Shown here one piece after another: positions 48,013 to 58,537 of a stretch of 64,000 bases of DNA. The stretch is from contig OY782041.1 in NCBI GenBank assembly GCA_963677595.1, forward strand, positions 896,001 to 960,000. The letters are read 5' to 3'. A program made the translations under genes and the position numbers. Position 1 is the first letter of the stretch, and each line of letters starts with the position of its first letter. The notes beneath the pieces were generated by a model. The model had not been told where the DNA came from. It saw only the letters and a list, made by a program, of their open reading frames with translations, and ran no database searches. This stretch comes from Spirochaetia bacterium (GTDB lineage: Bacteria; Spirochaetota; Spirochaetia; CAKZLE01).

Positions 48013-49185
48013 TTATAATTCAATGGGATACTTACCAAATTTCATGGCAGCTTCAATCATAATCATTAATGAATCACCTGTAATGGGATATGAGATAGTA
48101 TTTGAGCTAGATAGAATATATCCTCCTCCTGTTGCTGCCGCTTTTATACAATCCTTAGTTTCCTGTACTATCGCATCTTTATCACCACTTGGTAAGGTTC
48201 TGCCACAATCGACATTCCCCATAAGCGTTATCTTATCCCCGTATTTCTGCTTGATAAGCCCGATATCCATACCTGCATAAGGTTCAATCCCCTGGTACCC
48301 ATCTATCCGCATACCAAAAAACAAATCCTGTATTGGCATAATATTGCCATCATTATGTTTTAGAACCTTCACATTGTGCTCATGACAATAATCTGCTATT
48401 GCATTTACTTGAGGAACTAAATACTTTTCAATTAATTTTGGAGGGAATAATGGGCCAGAATTCATCGCCCAATCTGTTGCTATTATTACTGCATCGACAC
48501 CACAGTCAATATATCCCTTAGCAGCTTCCAACCCATAGGCAGTGTACAGATCACACAATCTTTGAGTGATTTCAGGCTCCATTAGCATCAATTCCATAAA
48601 TTCTGTATACCAGCTTCTCCCTGAAGGTATCAGATTTGGAATCTTTGCCATACAGAATAGATCTCCGCCTGCTTTCTCACAAACTATCCGAGTTGAATCA
48701 AAACAGCTCTTATCTATCATATTACCTTTTGTCTCTTCAAGATAATCGAGATGTTTGATAATCCCATTTGTTCCTTCAGATTTCTCTGTTGAATCAGATT
48801 CCATAACTACATCAGTTTCTTTATTATACTTGAAAGATCTGAACATCCCCGTTTTCAAATCCTTTTCTTCCCAACCTTCAGGTGTCAATTTTATTTGCAA
48901 ACTCCCATCCCCTGGCGGGTCTAGTTCCGTTTCAAGTAAATCATGACCAATTTTACTAATTAAATCTAACGAATCCTGTGCATATTTCTCTACAAAAGAA
49001 TCTCTATCCCCTCTAGACACATACTCAGCCATTTTCATATACATCCCAGCTTCACCTGTTATCGCATCACGTTGCAGTATCTGACTCGCTGCATGTGGCA
49101 TAATATGCATTTCGCCAATCGGCACCCTATCTGCTTCTTCGTGGCTAAACGCTTTTAGCACTCTTTCTTTTGATGTCATTTGCAC
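48013..49185 (-). CDS. Uroporphyrinogen decarboxylase / MtaA-CmuA family protein
   Basis: MTSKERV..HEEADRVP, TDWA, KHNDGN, LMGNVD, GGGYILSSSN. Confidence 0.85.
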   Translation of the reverse strand: MQMTSKERVLKAFSHEEADRVPIGEMHIMPHAASQILQRDAITGEAGMYMKMAEYVSRGDRDSFVEKYAQDSLDLISKIGHDLLETELDPPGDGSLQIKLTPEGWEEKDLKTGMFRSFKYNKETDVVMESDSTEKSEGTNGIIKHLDYLEETKGNMIDKSCFDSTRIVCEKAGGDLFCMAKIPNLIPSGRSWYTEFMELMLMEPEITQRLCDLYTAYGLEAAKGYIDCGVDAVIIATDWAMNSGPLFPPKLIEKYLVPQVNAIADYCHEHNVKVLKHNDGNIMPIQDLFFGMRIDGYQGIEPYAGMDIGLIKQKYGDKITLMGNVDCGRTLPSGDKDAIVQETKDCIKAAATGGGYILSSSNTISYPITGDSLMIMIEAAMKFGKYPIEL

Positions 49186-49280
49186 ACTCCTCTTTTTATC
49201 TTATGATCTTTTGAAAAACGACTCATTTCTTAAAGCCATACTATTTTTCAATAGTGTTTTTTTATTTCATCCTTTCTATA

Positions 49281-50309
49281 CTACGAAAATTTAATTAGAG
49301 CTTTAATTATTGACTTATCTTTTTGAATATCACTAAAAGCTTTTTCGATTTCTTCTGGCAAATACACACGTGATATGAGTTTTTTCAAACTATCATTGAT
49401 TATCCCGGTATTGATAATCTTTGCTGCTGCCTGGAAGTGATTCAGTGGGTGTATTCGCACTCCTTTAATAACGAGTTCACGCATAATGATTTCGTTGGTA
49501 TCCATTTCAGGAAGTTTTTCAGGGAAACCGATGAATACAATAGTACCGCCGGATTTTGCTGCTTTTAATGAAGTTTTATAACCGAATTCAGATCCTGTTA
49601 CCTCGAACACCCGATCAAACCTTTCGCCCATATTCTGTTGCATGGTCCTCTCAAACATATTATTGGGAGAACTTGAGTCGATTACGTTAAAACCCATCTC
49701 TTCAGCAAACTTAATCCGTTTTTGATCAATTTCACATAGTACGATATTGGAAGCACCATTCATTTTCGCAACTGACGCAATGAGCAGCCCTATGGTGCCT
49801 GCACCGATTATCAGAACCGATTCCCCTATAGCTAGTCCACTTATCAAAACATCATGAACAGCTACCGATAAAGGTTCTGCCAGAGCTGCGACTTCTGCAT
49901 CGATGTCAGATTTTATCTTTATGACTTTATCCACTGCAGCCTTTACATATTCAGTATACGTTCCATCCTGGTGTACGCCGAAGATAGATATTTCTTTACA
50001 GAGATTCTGTCTCCCAGCAACACAGTGTTCACATGTACCGCAGGATGTCAGTGGATGGGCAACAACAAGGTCCCCGATGGTAAAATCTAGAATCCGGTTT
50101 GAACGTATATCACTAACTTCACCGCAGAATTCATGTCCCAAAACCAGTGGAGGGGCTGCGGTTGGATGTTCAGCTTTATAGACATGCAAATCTGATCCAC
50201 AGATACCTATAAATTTCACTTTAAGTAATACTTCGCCTTCATTGAGCTCAGGCATCCTGCTGTCAACTTCTTTTATATGCTCAAAAGCATCCATTAGAAG
50301 AGTTCTCAT
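49281..50309 (-). CDS. Zinc-dependent polyol/sugar dehydrogenase
   Basis: GICGSDLH, GHEFCG, CGTCEHC..C, GAGTIG. Confidence 0.9.
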   Translation of the reverse strand: MRTLLMDAFEHIKEVDSRMPELNEGEVLLKVKFIGICGSDLHVYKAEHPTAAPPLVLGHEFCGEVSDIRSNRILDFTIGDLVVAHPLTSCGTCEHCVAGRQNLCKEISIFGVHQDGTYTEYVKAAVDKVIKIKSDIDAEVAALAEPLSVAVHDVLISGLAIGESVLIIGAGTIGLLIASVAKMNGASNIVLCEIDQKRIKFAEEMGFNVIDSSSPNNMFERTMQQNMGERFDRVFEVTGSEFGYKTSLKAAKSGGTIVFIGFPEKLPEMDTNEIIMRELVIKGVRIHPLNHFQAAAKIINTGIINDSLKKLISRVYLPEEIEKAFSDIQKDKSIIKALIKFS

Positions 50310-50342
50310 GATATTAATTTCCCTACCTTTTTTATTTCATTA

Positions 50343-51350
50343 TTAATATAAATTCTTTGCGGTCGTACCCCGTATTATCAACTCAACATCCAGTTCTATA
50401 CTCTCTGTATTCTTTTTGTCAGTTAACAAACGCACTAGCAGGTCAACCGCTTTCTGTGCCTTCTGCAGGATCGGCTGGCGTACAGTAGTCAACGGAGGAT
50501 CAAGGTATTTGGATATAGCAATATCATCAAAGCCAACGACAGATATGTCATTTGGGATGTGGTAACCTCTTTGCTTTATTGCATTCATAGCTCCGATAGC
50601 CATAAAATCACCTGAGACAAATACTGCCGTTATCTCATTTTCCCTGAGCAAACGATTCATTTCTAACGTCCCCGATTCTATGGTATTGGCTCCCTCTGCA
50701 ACCATATCCTCCCGGAACTCGATATTGTTTTCTTCTAATTTTTCCTTATACCCTCTCAATCGATCGATACTACTGGCCAGGATCTGCGGTCCATTAATGA
50801 AAGCTATTTTCCTATGCCCAAGTGAGATCAAATGATCTATAGCTAGAAGTGCCCCTAAATAGTTATTAACACATACTTTCGGATACGAATTCTCAAAAGG
50901 AACATGAGATGTGACTACAAAAGGTAACCCACTTTGCGTGATCGTATCAAATATCTCTGTATGGTCTGTCCCTGGACTGATGATCAAAACCCCATCGATC
51001 CGATCCTGAAAGATAACACTTTCGAAATTAATGTTATTCATTAATAATACATAGTAATCCAGCTTATTCGCCTGGTTCAAAATGCCTCTGATCATTTCAT
51101 CATAAAACGGATTCATAAGCAGACGATCAGTATCATGGGGAATCAGCACTCCTATCATTCTGCTGTTCTTGTTCTTCATTCCTTTTGCTAAGGCGTTAGG
51201 ATGATAATTGTACTTTTCCACCATGTCCAGAATTCTTTTTTTAGTTTCCTTGCTAATGTCATCCTTATCATTGATGGCACGGGAAACAGTCATCTTTGAC
51301 ACGCCAAGCTCTTCCGCAATATCTGCAATAGTATATTTTCTTTTATTCAT
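50343..51350 (-). CDS. LacI family regulator
   Basis: TIADIAEELGVSKMTVSRAIN, SVVGFDD, PPLTTV. Confidence 0.92.
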   Translation of the reverse strand: MNKRKYTIADIAEELGVSKMTVSRAINDKDDISKETKKRILDMVEKYNYHPNALAKGMKNKNSRMIGVLIPHDTDRLLMNPFYDEMIRGILNQANKLDYYVLLMNNINFESVIFQDRIDGVLIISPGTDHTEIFDTITQSGLPFVVTSHVPFENSYPKVCVNNYLGALLAIDHLISLGHRKIAFINGPQILASSIDRLRGYKEKLEENNIEFREDMVAEGANTIESGTLEMNRLLRENEITAVFVSGDFMAIGAMNAIKQRGYHIPNDISVVGFDDIAISKYLDPPLTTVRQPILQKAQKAVDLLVRLLTDKKNTESIELDVELIIRGTTAKNLY

Positions 51351-51466
51351 ATTGTCCTTCCACCTAAGAAGTATTTTTTAATTAACAATTGATGTCATAA
51401 AATATTACTGTTATCATGTCTTAGCATATCAAATTCAACTACATTAAAACACAGCCTAACAGAACC

Positions 51467-52288
51467 CTATGCCTTTACACTGCCTGCTGTAAGTCCCTGC
51501 AGGAAGTATTTCTGCAAGAACAGGAATATAAGGATAAGTGGTGCACTGGCTAAGAAAGTCAATGACATAAGTGCGTTCCATTCTGTTGAATACTCTCCGA
51601 TAAGCATTCCTATCCCTATAGTCAATGGGCGAACATTAATGGTATTGGTCAGAATTACGGCGAAGAGATATTCATTCCAGGAGAGTATGAAGGTATATAT
51701 TCCAGTAGCTATCATCCCGGGTATACTTGGCGGTAGAATAATATAGAAGAAAGTCCTCATTATTCCACAGCCATCAATGATTGCTGCTTCATCGAGTTCG
51801 CGGGGTATTGTGGCAATGAAGTCCCTCATCATCATTATAGAAAACGGCAGGGAAAACGATGTATACGCCAGGATCAGAGCTATATACGTGTTATATATCC
51901 CGATTTTGACAGAAAACAGGAAGTATGGAATACTTAATAACACCATGGGGAACATTTGCGTTATCAGGATGTATAACAATGCTATATTTCGGCCGCGAAA
52001 CGAAAATCTGGAAAAGGCATATCCAGACATCGCTGAAAATATGATACAGATCAATGTTACCGAAAAGGAGATTATATAGCTGTTCACAAACAATCTCAAT
52101 AAATCCCTGTTTGCGAAGACCGTGCGGAAAGATTCCAGGCTCGGATGTTTTGGTATTACCTGTAAAGGGGTGATAAACACTTCAGCATTAGGACGGAAAG
52201 CTATACTAATCATCCAAAAGATTGGAACCAATACGGCAAATGATAAGATTAAAATAACAATATAAGTAGATTGATTTCTTTTTAACAT
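51467..52288 (-). CDS. Carbohydrate ABC permease
   Basis: ELDEAAIIDG, WNEYLFA, GLTAGSVK. Confidence 0.92.
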   Translation of the reverse strand: MLKRNQSTYIVILILSFAVLVPIFWMISIAFRPNAEVFITPLQVIPKHPSLESFRTVFANRDLLRLFVNSYIISFSVTLICIIFSAMSGYAFSRFSFRGRNIALLYILITQMFPMVLLSIPYFLFSVKIGIYNTYIALILAYTSFSLPFSIMMMRDFIATIPRELDEAAIIDGCGIMRTFFYIILPPSIPGMIATGIYTFILSWNEYLFAVILTNTINVRPLTIGIGMLIGEYSTEWNALMSLTFLASAPLILIFLFLQKYFLQGLTAGSVKA

Positions 52289-52294
52289 TTTAAC

Positions 52295-53230
52295 CTACCT
52301 CTTTAATTTTCCAAAACTTATTTTCAGATAAGGAATAGCTATGAGAATCATAACTGTCAACATAATGATCGATGATGCCGATGCATAGCCGAAATCAATC
52401 CTTCGGAAAGCCTGGTTGTATATAAACGTTGACAGGATCTCCGAGGAGTTCATCGGTCCCCCCCCCGTCATAAGGAAGACTAGATCGAATGCCCTGAAGT
52501 TCCATATTATCTCCAACATCGTTACCGTGAATATGATTTCCCTTATCTGGGGTATGGTGATATTCACCAGTCTCTGGAATCCGCTAGCCCCGTCAATCAT
52601 GGCAGCTTCATACAACTCTTCAGGTACTGTTTGTAGTCCTGCAAGGAGCATCAGCATCATGAAGGGGAACCCACGCCAGATGTTAGCCACAATTATTGAG
52701 AACAACGCTGTCCTTTCATCTCCAAGCCAGGGGAAATAGACAAGGCTATGTATACCCAGCATTTCAATTACACCGTTTACCAGTCCAAAAGGTGTGAAGA
52801 TCAGGATCCATAATGCTGCAATAACAGTTGAAGACAGCAGCCATGGGAACATCAGTATAGATCTGAAGAATGAGCGAAATATTGAATTGATCGGCCTATT
52901 CAGTAAGAGAGCTACCCCCAGGGAGAAAACCAATTCAACGCCTACGCTACTGAAACAGAATATTATTGTGTTTTTTGCTGCATTCCAGAAAAGCGGGTCA
53001 GTAAATACATTAATGAAGTTCTGCAGAGATGCGGTAGAAGTATCTGAAGAGATAGAAGTAGATTCAGAGAAGCTGAACTTTATAATCTGATACATTGGAT
53101 ATCCAGTCAACAATAGAATAATCACCATGGCAGGAAGTATCAAAGACAACGTATCAAAAAACTTCACCATCTTTTTTGAGTTCCCTGCCATTAAAGGTTT
53201 GGGTGCTTTCATTAACTCAGATTTCCTCAT
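52295..53230 (-). CDS. Carbohydrate ABC permease
   Basis: LYEAAMIDGAS, MTGGGP. Confidence 0.92.
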   Translation of the reverse strand: MRKSELMKAPKPLMAGNSKKMVKFFDTLSLILPAMVIILLLTGYPMYQIIKFSFSESTSISSDTSTASLQNFINVFTDPLFWNAAKNTIIFCFSSVGVELVFSLGVALLLNRPINSIFRSFFRSILMFPWLLSSTVIAALWILIFTPFGLVNGVIEMLGIHSLVYFPWLGDERTALFSIIVANIWRGFPFMMLMLLAGLQTVPEELYEAAMIDGASGFQRLVNITIPQIREIIFTVTMLEIIWNFRAFDLVFLMTGGGPMNSSEILSTFIYNQAFRRIDFGYASASSIIMLTVMILIAIPYLKISFGKLKR

Positions 53231-53264
53231 AATTTTTCTCCAAATGAAATACTTCTAATTTTAA

Positions 53265-54056
53265 TTATTCATCCAAAGACCAAATATCTGCGTCAGGTTC
53301 TGCAACCCAGTTATATTCAGGCAGAAATATTGGTGCTGTATATGGATTGTCATCAAAATGCCTGATAATCCAAATGATATACATCGCATACCCTGGGGCC
53401 GAAACCTGGGGATGAATCTTCCCATCTAGCAGGATTACAGTATCATTATTCTTTACTTTGACGACATCTTCACCAATCTCTGAATGACCATACCCGTCTT
53501 CAGGGAAGAATTTGTAAAAATAGATTTCAGGCTGTGGGTGGTTATGCGGCGGGAAACTTGACCATCTACCCGGTATTCCGACAACCTCACCAAGCACCAG
53601 TTTGGATTCAGGTTTTGTTGAATAATCAAAAAGAGTCCTTACTTTTCTCTTTGAGGCTCCTTGCATGACACCTTCCCCTCGAATCTCTACCCTGCAATCA
53701 TCTTTACTAATAAATTCTGAAGGTAATATAAATTCATTTACAGTTTGGACATAAGCTATTTCTGTATTGTCACTTTTTGCTATTACTACAACGTCAACAC
53801 CAGCTGATACATGCAAGGATGTTGGATTCTCATCTAGAAAAGATGATCGCTTACCGCCTGCCGTCTGTCCTTCCCATTGGAATTCAACTTCACCGGTAAT
53901 AAGCATAAAAACCCGTTCCAACTTTTCTTCTGATACATACCGTTCTGATGTGTCAAGTTTTATAATCCCAAAATCCATCAATGCCCCATCTATTTCTTTG
54001 GATGACACAATTTTATTATAACCCTTAGTAAAACTCTGATCCTGTTTTATGTGCAC
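53265..54056 (-). CDS. iolB: 5-deoxy-glucuronate isomerase (IolB/KduI family)
   Basis: GEVV..PGRWSSFPPHNHPQPEIYFY, HPQVSAPGY. Confidence 0.8.
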   Translation of the reverse strand: MHIKQDQSFTKGYNKIVSSKEIDGALMDFGIIKLDTSERYVSEEKLERVFMLITGEVEFQWEGQTAGGKRSSFLDENPTSLHVSAGVDVVVIAKSDNTEIAYVQTVNEFILPSEFISKDDCRVEIRGEGVMQGASKRKVRTLFDYSTKPESKLVLGEVVGIPGRWSSFPPHNHPQPEIYFYKFFPEDGYGHSEIGEDVVKVKNNDTVILLDGKIHPQVSAPGYAMYIIWIIRHFDDNPYTAPIFLPEYNWVAEPDADIWSLDE

Positions 54057-54106
54057 TTCATTCTCCCGTATATGATACTATAACACTTATTTTATTCATG
54101 ATAAGA

Positions 54107-55601
54107 AAAAAGAAAGGCATCGGCACGGGAACGGCCTGCACTAGACAATTCCCGTACCATATACCTTCATACTCGTTACTTAGTCTGCATATTTCGCAAA
54201 TTCCGCATCCCAATAGGCTGCTGCATCATCCAATGCCTGCTGTGCAGTCTTCTTGTCTGTCAGGAAGTTCTGGATCTCAATGGTGAACTGTCGCTTCAGG
54301 TCAACCGCCTGCGGCAGATAGTTGTCGATCACCTGCATATTCTCAGTATTGATCTGCTGGTCGGCAAACACCTTCAGATATGGGTCATTCTGGAAATACG
54401 AATCCTGCATCGTAACTTTGTTATACGGGAAGAATCCGGTTGCCTTATCCCACAATAGCTGGCCTTCTGCACTCCCCATGAACTCCAGGAACTTGAATGC
54501 CGCATCCTTGTTCTTGCTGTCCTTGGTGATACCCAGCACTGATCCAAGCACGATGTTTCCACTTACTTCCCCTACGGGCAGCGGTACGACCCCAAACTTC
54601 AGGTCAGGGTTCGCTTTCTGCTGGATCCCCACACCCCATGGTCCTTCAAACATGAATGCTACGTTCCCCGCACTGAAATTCGCACGTTTCTCTTTCTCCC
54701 CTGCATTCAGCTCGCCGGGAGTCATGACCTTGTAAGTCTTCATCAGGTCTTTCAGGAAAGTGATCGCCTTTACCCCTTCAGGACTGTTGAACGCTGCTTT
54801 CGATCCGTCCAGGATCTTCCCGCCTGCCTGCATGATCAGGGGGAATACTTCATAGTTGATGGTAGTCGGTGGTTCTGAGGCAATATTCCCGGTAAGCGCA
54901 TAGACACCTTCAGACGGGTTGTTCACCTTGATGCAAGCAGCAACCAGCTCGTCCCAGGTGGTCGGAGGTTCTACACCGGCGTCTGCCAGGATCTGTGTAT
55001 TATAATACAGCCCGATATTCCCGTTCGTTACCGGGATCCCGTACAGATGTCCCTTCCAAGGAAGCATCGCAGGTCCGGCCAATGCGTCGGTATAGTCTTT
55101 CGGCAATGCTGAGATATAGTCATCCAATGGCACGATGATCCCTTGGTTAGCAAACTCAGTGACCCATGCGCCTGATACGGTTACGATGTCTGGCGCCATG
55201 CCGGCCATACTCAGGGTCAATACTTTGTCATGCATCTGCACGAACGGGATATTATCGAATATCAGCTCGATATCCGGGTTCTGCGCCTCGAATGCACGCT
55301 TTACCTCATTGATCTTGTCTGGTCCCTGCTCGGTGATCCAATGCAGCAGCCAATGAATCTGTACCTTCTCAGCCGCTGGTTCCGCTTTTTCCTGTTGCGC
55401 CCCGGCGAACAGCAGACCTGTCACCAGCAACAAACATGCAACTATCATGCTTACACGTTTCATATAGTCCTCCTATTTTTTAATCTGGTACGACCGTACC
55501 ATTTTCAACCCTTTTTGATGTTATGTACCCTAATATCGTTACCGTTACCGTTACCGTTAACGTTAGACTACAACGGTTTCTCCCTCTTGTCAATTTTTTT
55601 T
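54107..55601 (+). repeat. ~1.5-kb direct repeat, copy 2
   Basis: Aligns with 46414-47908. Confidence 0.95.
54180..55463 (-). CDS. Sugar ABC substrate-binding protein, copy 2
   Basis: 427 aa, identical to the 46487-47770 product. Confidence 0.92.
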   Translation of the reverse strand: MKRVSMIVACLLLVTGLLFAGAQQEKAEPAAEKVQIHWLLHWITEQGPDKINEVKRAFEAQNPDIELIFDNIPFVQMHDKVLTLSMAGMAPDIVTVSGAWVTEFANQGIIVPLDDYISALPKDYTDALAGPAMLPWKGHLYGIPVTNGNIGLYYNTQILADAGVEPPTTWDELVAACIKVNNPSEGVYALTGNIASEPPTTINYEVFPLIMQAGGKILDGSKAAFNSPEGVKAITFLKDLMKTYKVMTPGELNAGEKEKRANFSAGNVAFMFEGPWGVGIQQKANPDLKFGVVPLPVGEVSGNIVLGSVLGITKDSKNKDAAFKFLEFMGSAEGQLLWDKATGFFPYNKVTMQDSYFQNDPYLKVFADQQINTENMQVIDNYLPQAVDLKRQFTIEIQNFLTDKKTAQQALDDAAAYWDAEFAKYAD

Positions 55602-55751
55602 AATACTTTGTTTCTCTACTTGGATATTTCAACCGCTACAAACCTTGAAATTTTAAAAAAAATAATTATAATAGCCTCTAATAAACGTTATTTACCTTTT
55701 TTCATTACCGTCTTTTACCTCAATATTTTTTCCTGATAGAGAGGTATCTTC

Positions 55752-56744
55752 ATGAACAATTATACTCAGTCCGGTTTGGTAAACACAAAGGACATGCTGA
55801 AAAAAGCATATGAAAGGCACTATGCAGTCCCTGCTTACAATTTTAATAATCTTGAACAAGTTCAAGCCATTGTTGAAGCTTGTATAAAAACCAATTCCCC
55901 TGTTATTTTGCAGGCATCTAAATTCACATTCGCATACTCGAGTATCCAGTTCGTAACAAATCTCGTGAGGGGGGCTGTTAGTCATGCAAGGAATCTCGGA
56001 TCCAATATCCCGATCGCTCTACACCTAGACCATGGAGATAGTTTTGATCTATGCAAGATGGTTATTGATCACGGATTTTCTTCTGTTATGATTGACGGTT
56101 CACACCTTTCATTTGAAGAGAATATCGCTTTAACTAAGCAAGTCGTGGATTATGCAGGAAAATATGAAGTCACAGTCGAGGGTGAATTGGGAAAACTGGC
56201 GGGAATTGAAGATAATATCAATTCTGAGGAATCAACCTACACAAAACCTGATGAGGTAGTAAACTTCGTGACTTCAACGGGTGTTGATTCACTGGCTATT
56301 TCAATCGGCACCAGCCATGGAGCCCATAAATTCAAACCTGAACAGTGTTCAATATCTTCAGAAGGCCTGCTAATACCCCCGCCCCTGCGTTTTGATATCC
56401 TTCAGAAAGTCTCGGAAAAATTACCTGGATTCCCTATTGTCCTTCACGGATCTTCAACAGTCCCGAAAGAATTTGTCACTATTTGCAATACATACGGCGG
56501 CTCCTTGGCCAATTCGATTGGTATCCCTGAAGACCAGTTGAGTAAAGCTTCCAAAATGGCCGTCTGTAAGATTAATATTGATTCCGACGGTAAACTGGCC
56601 ATGACTGCACTTGTACGAAAATTCCTGCATGAGAATCCGAGTGTTATAGATCCAAGGGAATTCCTGAAGGCTGGCAGAAAGGAACTCATAGATATGTATA
56701 TCCATAAAAACAGCTGCGTGCTTTTTTCCGCTGGAAATGCCTGA
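55752..56744 (+). CDS. fba: Class II fructose-bisphosphate aldolase
   Basis: LHLDHG, SSVMIDGS, EGELG, GTSHGAHKF, VLHGSS, KINIDSD. Confidence 0.92.
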   Translation: MNNYTQSGLVNTKDMLKKAYERHYAVPAYNFNNLEQVQAIVEACIKTNSPVILQASKFTFAYSSIQFVTNLVRGAVSHARNLGSNIPIALHLDHGDSFDLCKMVIDHGFSSVMIDGSHLSFEENIALTKQVVDYAGKYEVTVEGELGKLAGIEDNINSEESTYTKPDEVVNFVTSTGVDSLAISIGTSHGAHKFKPEQCSISSEGLLIPPPLRFDILQKVSEKLPGFPIVLHGSSTVPKEFVTICNTYGGSLANSIGIPEDQLSKASKMAVCKINIDSDGKLAMTALVRKFLHENPSVIDPREFLKAGRKELIDMYIHKNSCVLFSAGNA

Positions 56745-56776
56745 CTTGGTTCATACCCAGCTCATACAGATGCAAT

Positions 56777-56813
56777 AGACCCAATCAGTTTCTCATTGAA
56801 CTTGATTGGGTCT
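56777..56813. terminator. Hairpin between convergent fba and SDR genes
   Basis: AGACCCAATCA...TGATTGGGTCT inverted repeat. Confidence 0.65.
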
Positions 56814-56868
56814 GCATAGGACCCATCATTCAACTGACAAATCCATCCTGTTGGAACCTGAACTTTTT

Positions 56869-57666
56869 CTATTTTATTGTTGAGAATCCACCATCAACAA
56901 CAAGGTTGTGCCCTGTAATGTATGCTGATGAATCTGACGCTAAGAATAATGCTGCCCCTTTTATGTCTTTTCCCATTGTCCCCATTCTCCTGGTTATGGT
57001 AGCATGTTCATAATCAGAAACAAAATCTAGAGGAAGGTCACCTTTATCGAATCCTCCTGGCGAAATACAGTTCACACGAATCCCAGAAGGAGCAAAATAT
57101 GCTGCCAGATCTCTCGTCATCCCTATCACACCTGCTTTGGAAGCAGAATAGTCGATCGGCTGTTCCATCTTACCGTTCTTCCGATACATTTCACGGTCCC
57201 TGCCTACAATACCCGCAATTGAACCTAGATTGATAATGTTCCCACTAGCCTGTTCAACCATATAAGAACCGGCACATTGACTACAGAACATGGTCCCAAG
57301 CATATTAACCCTAATCAGATATTCCATATCTTCTGGTGCTCTCTTCAAGAAATCCCCTTCAGAGTTTCCTGATCCCCCGCCGGCATTGTTAACTAGAATA
57401 TCGATCCTATTCATCCATGAGAAAGCGCTTTTCATCATGTTCTGTACTTGCTCATAATCACAGACATCAACTTCGAGAGGCAGCGTATTCACTGAGAATC
57501 TCTCTTTGATTTGATCCGTTGCCTGACATACTTTATCAAAAGATCTGGATGCGATCACTATATTGCACCCGGCTTCTGCCAAACTACAGGCTATATCGTA
57601 TCCCAGCCATGAATGTCCGCCCGTGATAACTGCGACTCTACCTGTAAGGTTAAACATATCCAACAT
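56869..57666 (-). CDS. SDR family oxidoreductase (gluconate 5-dehydrogenase-like)
   Basis: TGGHSWLG, LVNNAG, YSASK, ITGHNLVVDGG. Confidence 0.9.
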   Translation of the reverse strand: MLDMFNLTGRVAVITGGHSWLGYDIACSLAEAGCNIVIASRSFDKVCQATDQIKERFSVNTLPLEVDVCDYEQVQNMMKSAFSWMNRIDILVNNAGGGSGNSEGDFLKRAPEDMEYLIRVNMLGTMFCSQCAGSYMVEQASGNIINLGSIAGIVGRDREMYRKNGKMEQPIDYSASKAGVIGMTRDLAAYFAPSGIRVNCISPGGFDKGDLPLDFVSDYEHATITRRMGTMGKDIKGAALFLASDSSAYITGHNLVVDGGFSTIK

Positions 57667-58037
57667 TTTTAATTCTCCTTACCATTTCCGAAGATTTATA
57701 AAAGCCTGAAGTTATTATTCGACAGGAAAGTTTCTTTCCGAATAATAATAATGTATAAAACCAGTCTATTCAAATTTTTAATCTTACTTTTTTCTTCCAT
57801 GAACCACAAGGCTGTATTTGATATTTCAAAATACCTGCTTTTAACAAAAAACTTGACATATTGAATCATCAGGATAAGAATATAACTTTCTGATGGGATT
57901 ACCCTGTATTTATGAATGGCCGGATCCTTCCATGCAGGATAGCAACAACCATACCGGTAACAGGCTGTAGAGTCTTAACCGCTCTCCAGTCTATCCATAT
58001 ATCCTGCATCACAGAACCTGCTGTATCCGTTATACCG

Positions 58038-58537
58038 TCTTTGACAAGGATTCCAAACAGATCTTTGGCGTCCTCAATGACTCAAACCGGGATTGGTACC
58101 GGAAAGATATCAGGTTAGATTACAAGTACTTTGAATCGTCATACAAACGGGCCGACATAGAGATCAATATTGACGGGGTGAAACTCGAAGACACCCCGGA
58201 CCTCTTCATTCGGGAGCTCAAGGCTAATGGGGTGGAGCTGCAGGTACCATGAGAGCTGCATCATAGGCTCATGAAGTGAATCGGTGATGCTTGGTTTTGA
58301 ACGATCTGTGATGCATAGTCTTGCGTTTGGCTTATTTTTGGACTATAGTCTAATTATAGAGGACAAAAATAGGAGTCCATTCCAATAATGAATGCTATCC
58401 GCACTACCTACCGAAGATTATTACAGGGTTATGATTACCCGAAGAAGCGGTATCTCTACCGGGACTTCTCCCTTGAGGAACGCCTTACCGGGATCATCGG
58501 AGCAGGGGGCACCGGGAAGACCACATTACTCATCCAA
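58038..58537 (+). repeat. 500-bp direct repeat, right copy; contains a 5'-truncated kinase remnant (58038-58252)
   Basis: Aligns with 37749-38248. Confidence 0.95.

Larger units (their letters stand above)
38249..58037. mobile_element. Sugar-catabolism genomic island between 500-bp direct repeats; no integrase seen
   Basis: Flanking repeats, AT-richer composition, IS debris, truncated genes at both borders. Confidence 0.65.

Noticed and set aside
57700-58037. AT-rich gap at the right island border with a 68-aa ORF
   Set aside because: No recognisable protein or repeat; probably promoter DNA plus junction debris.
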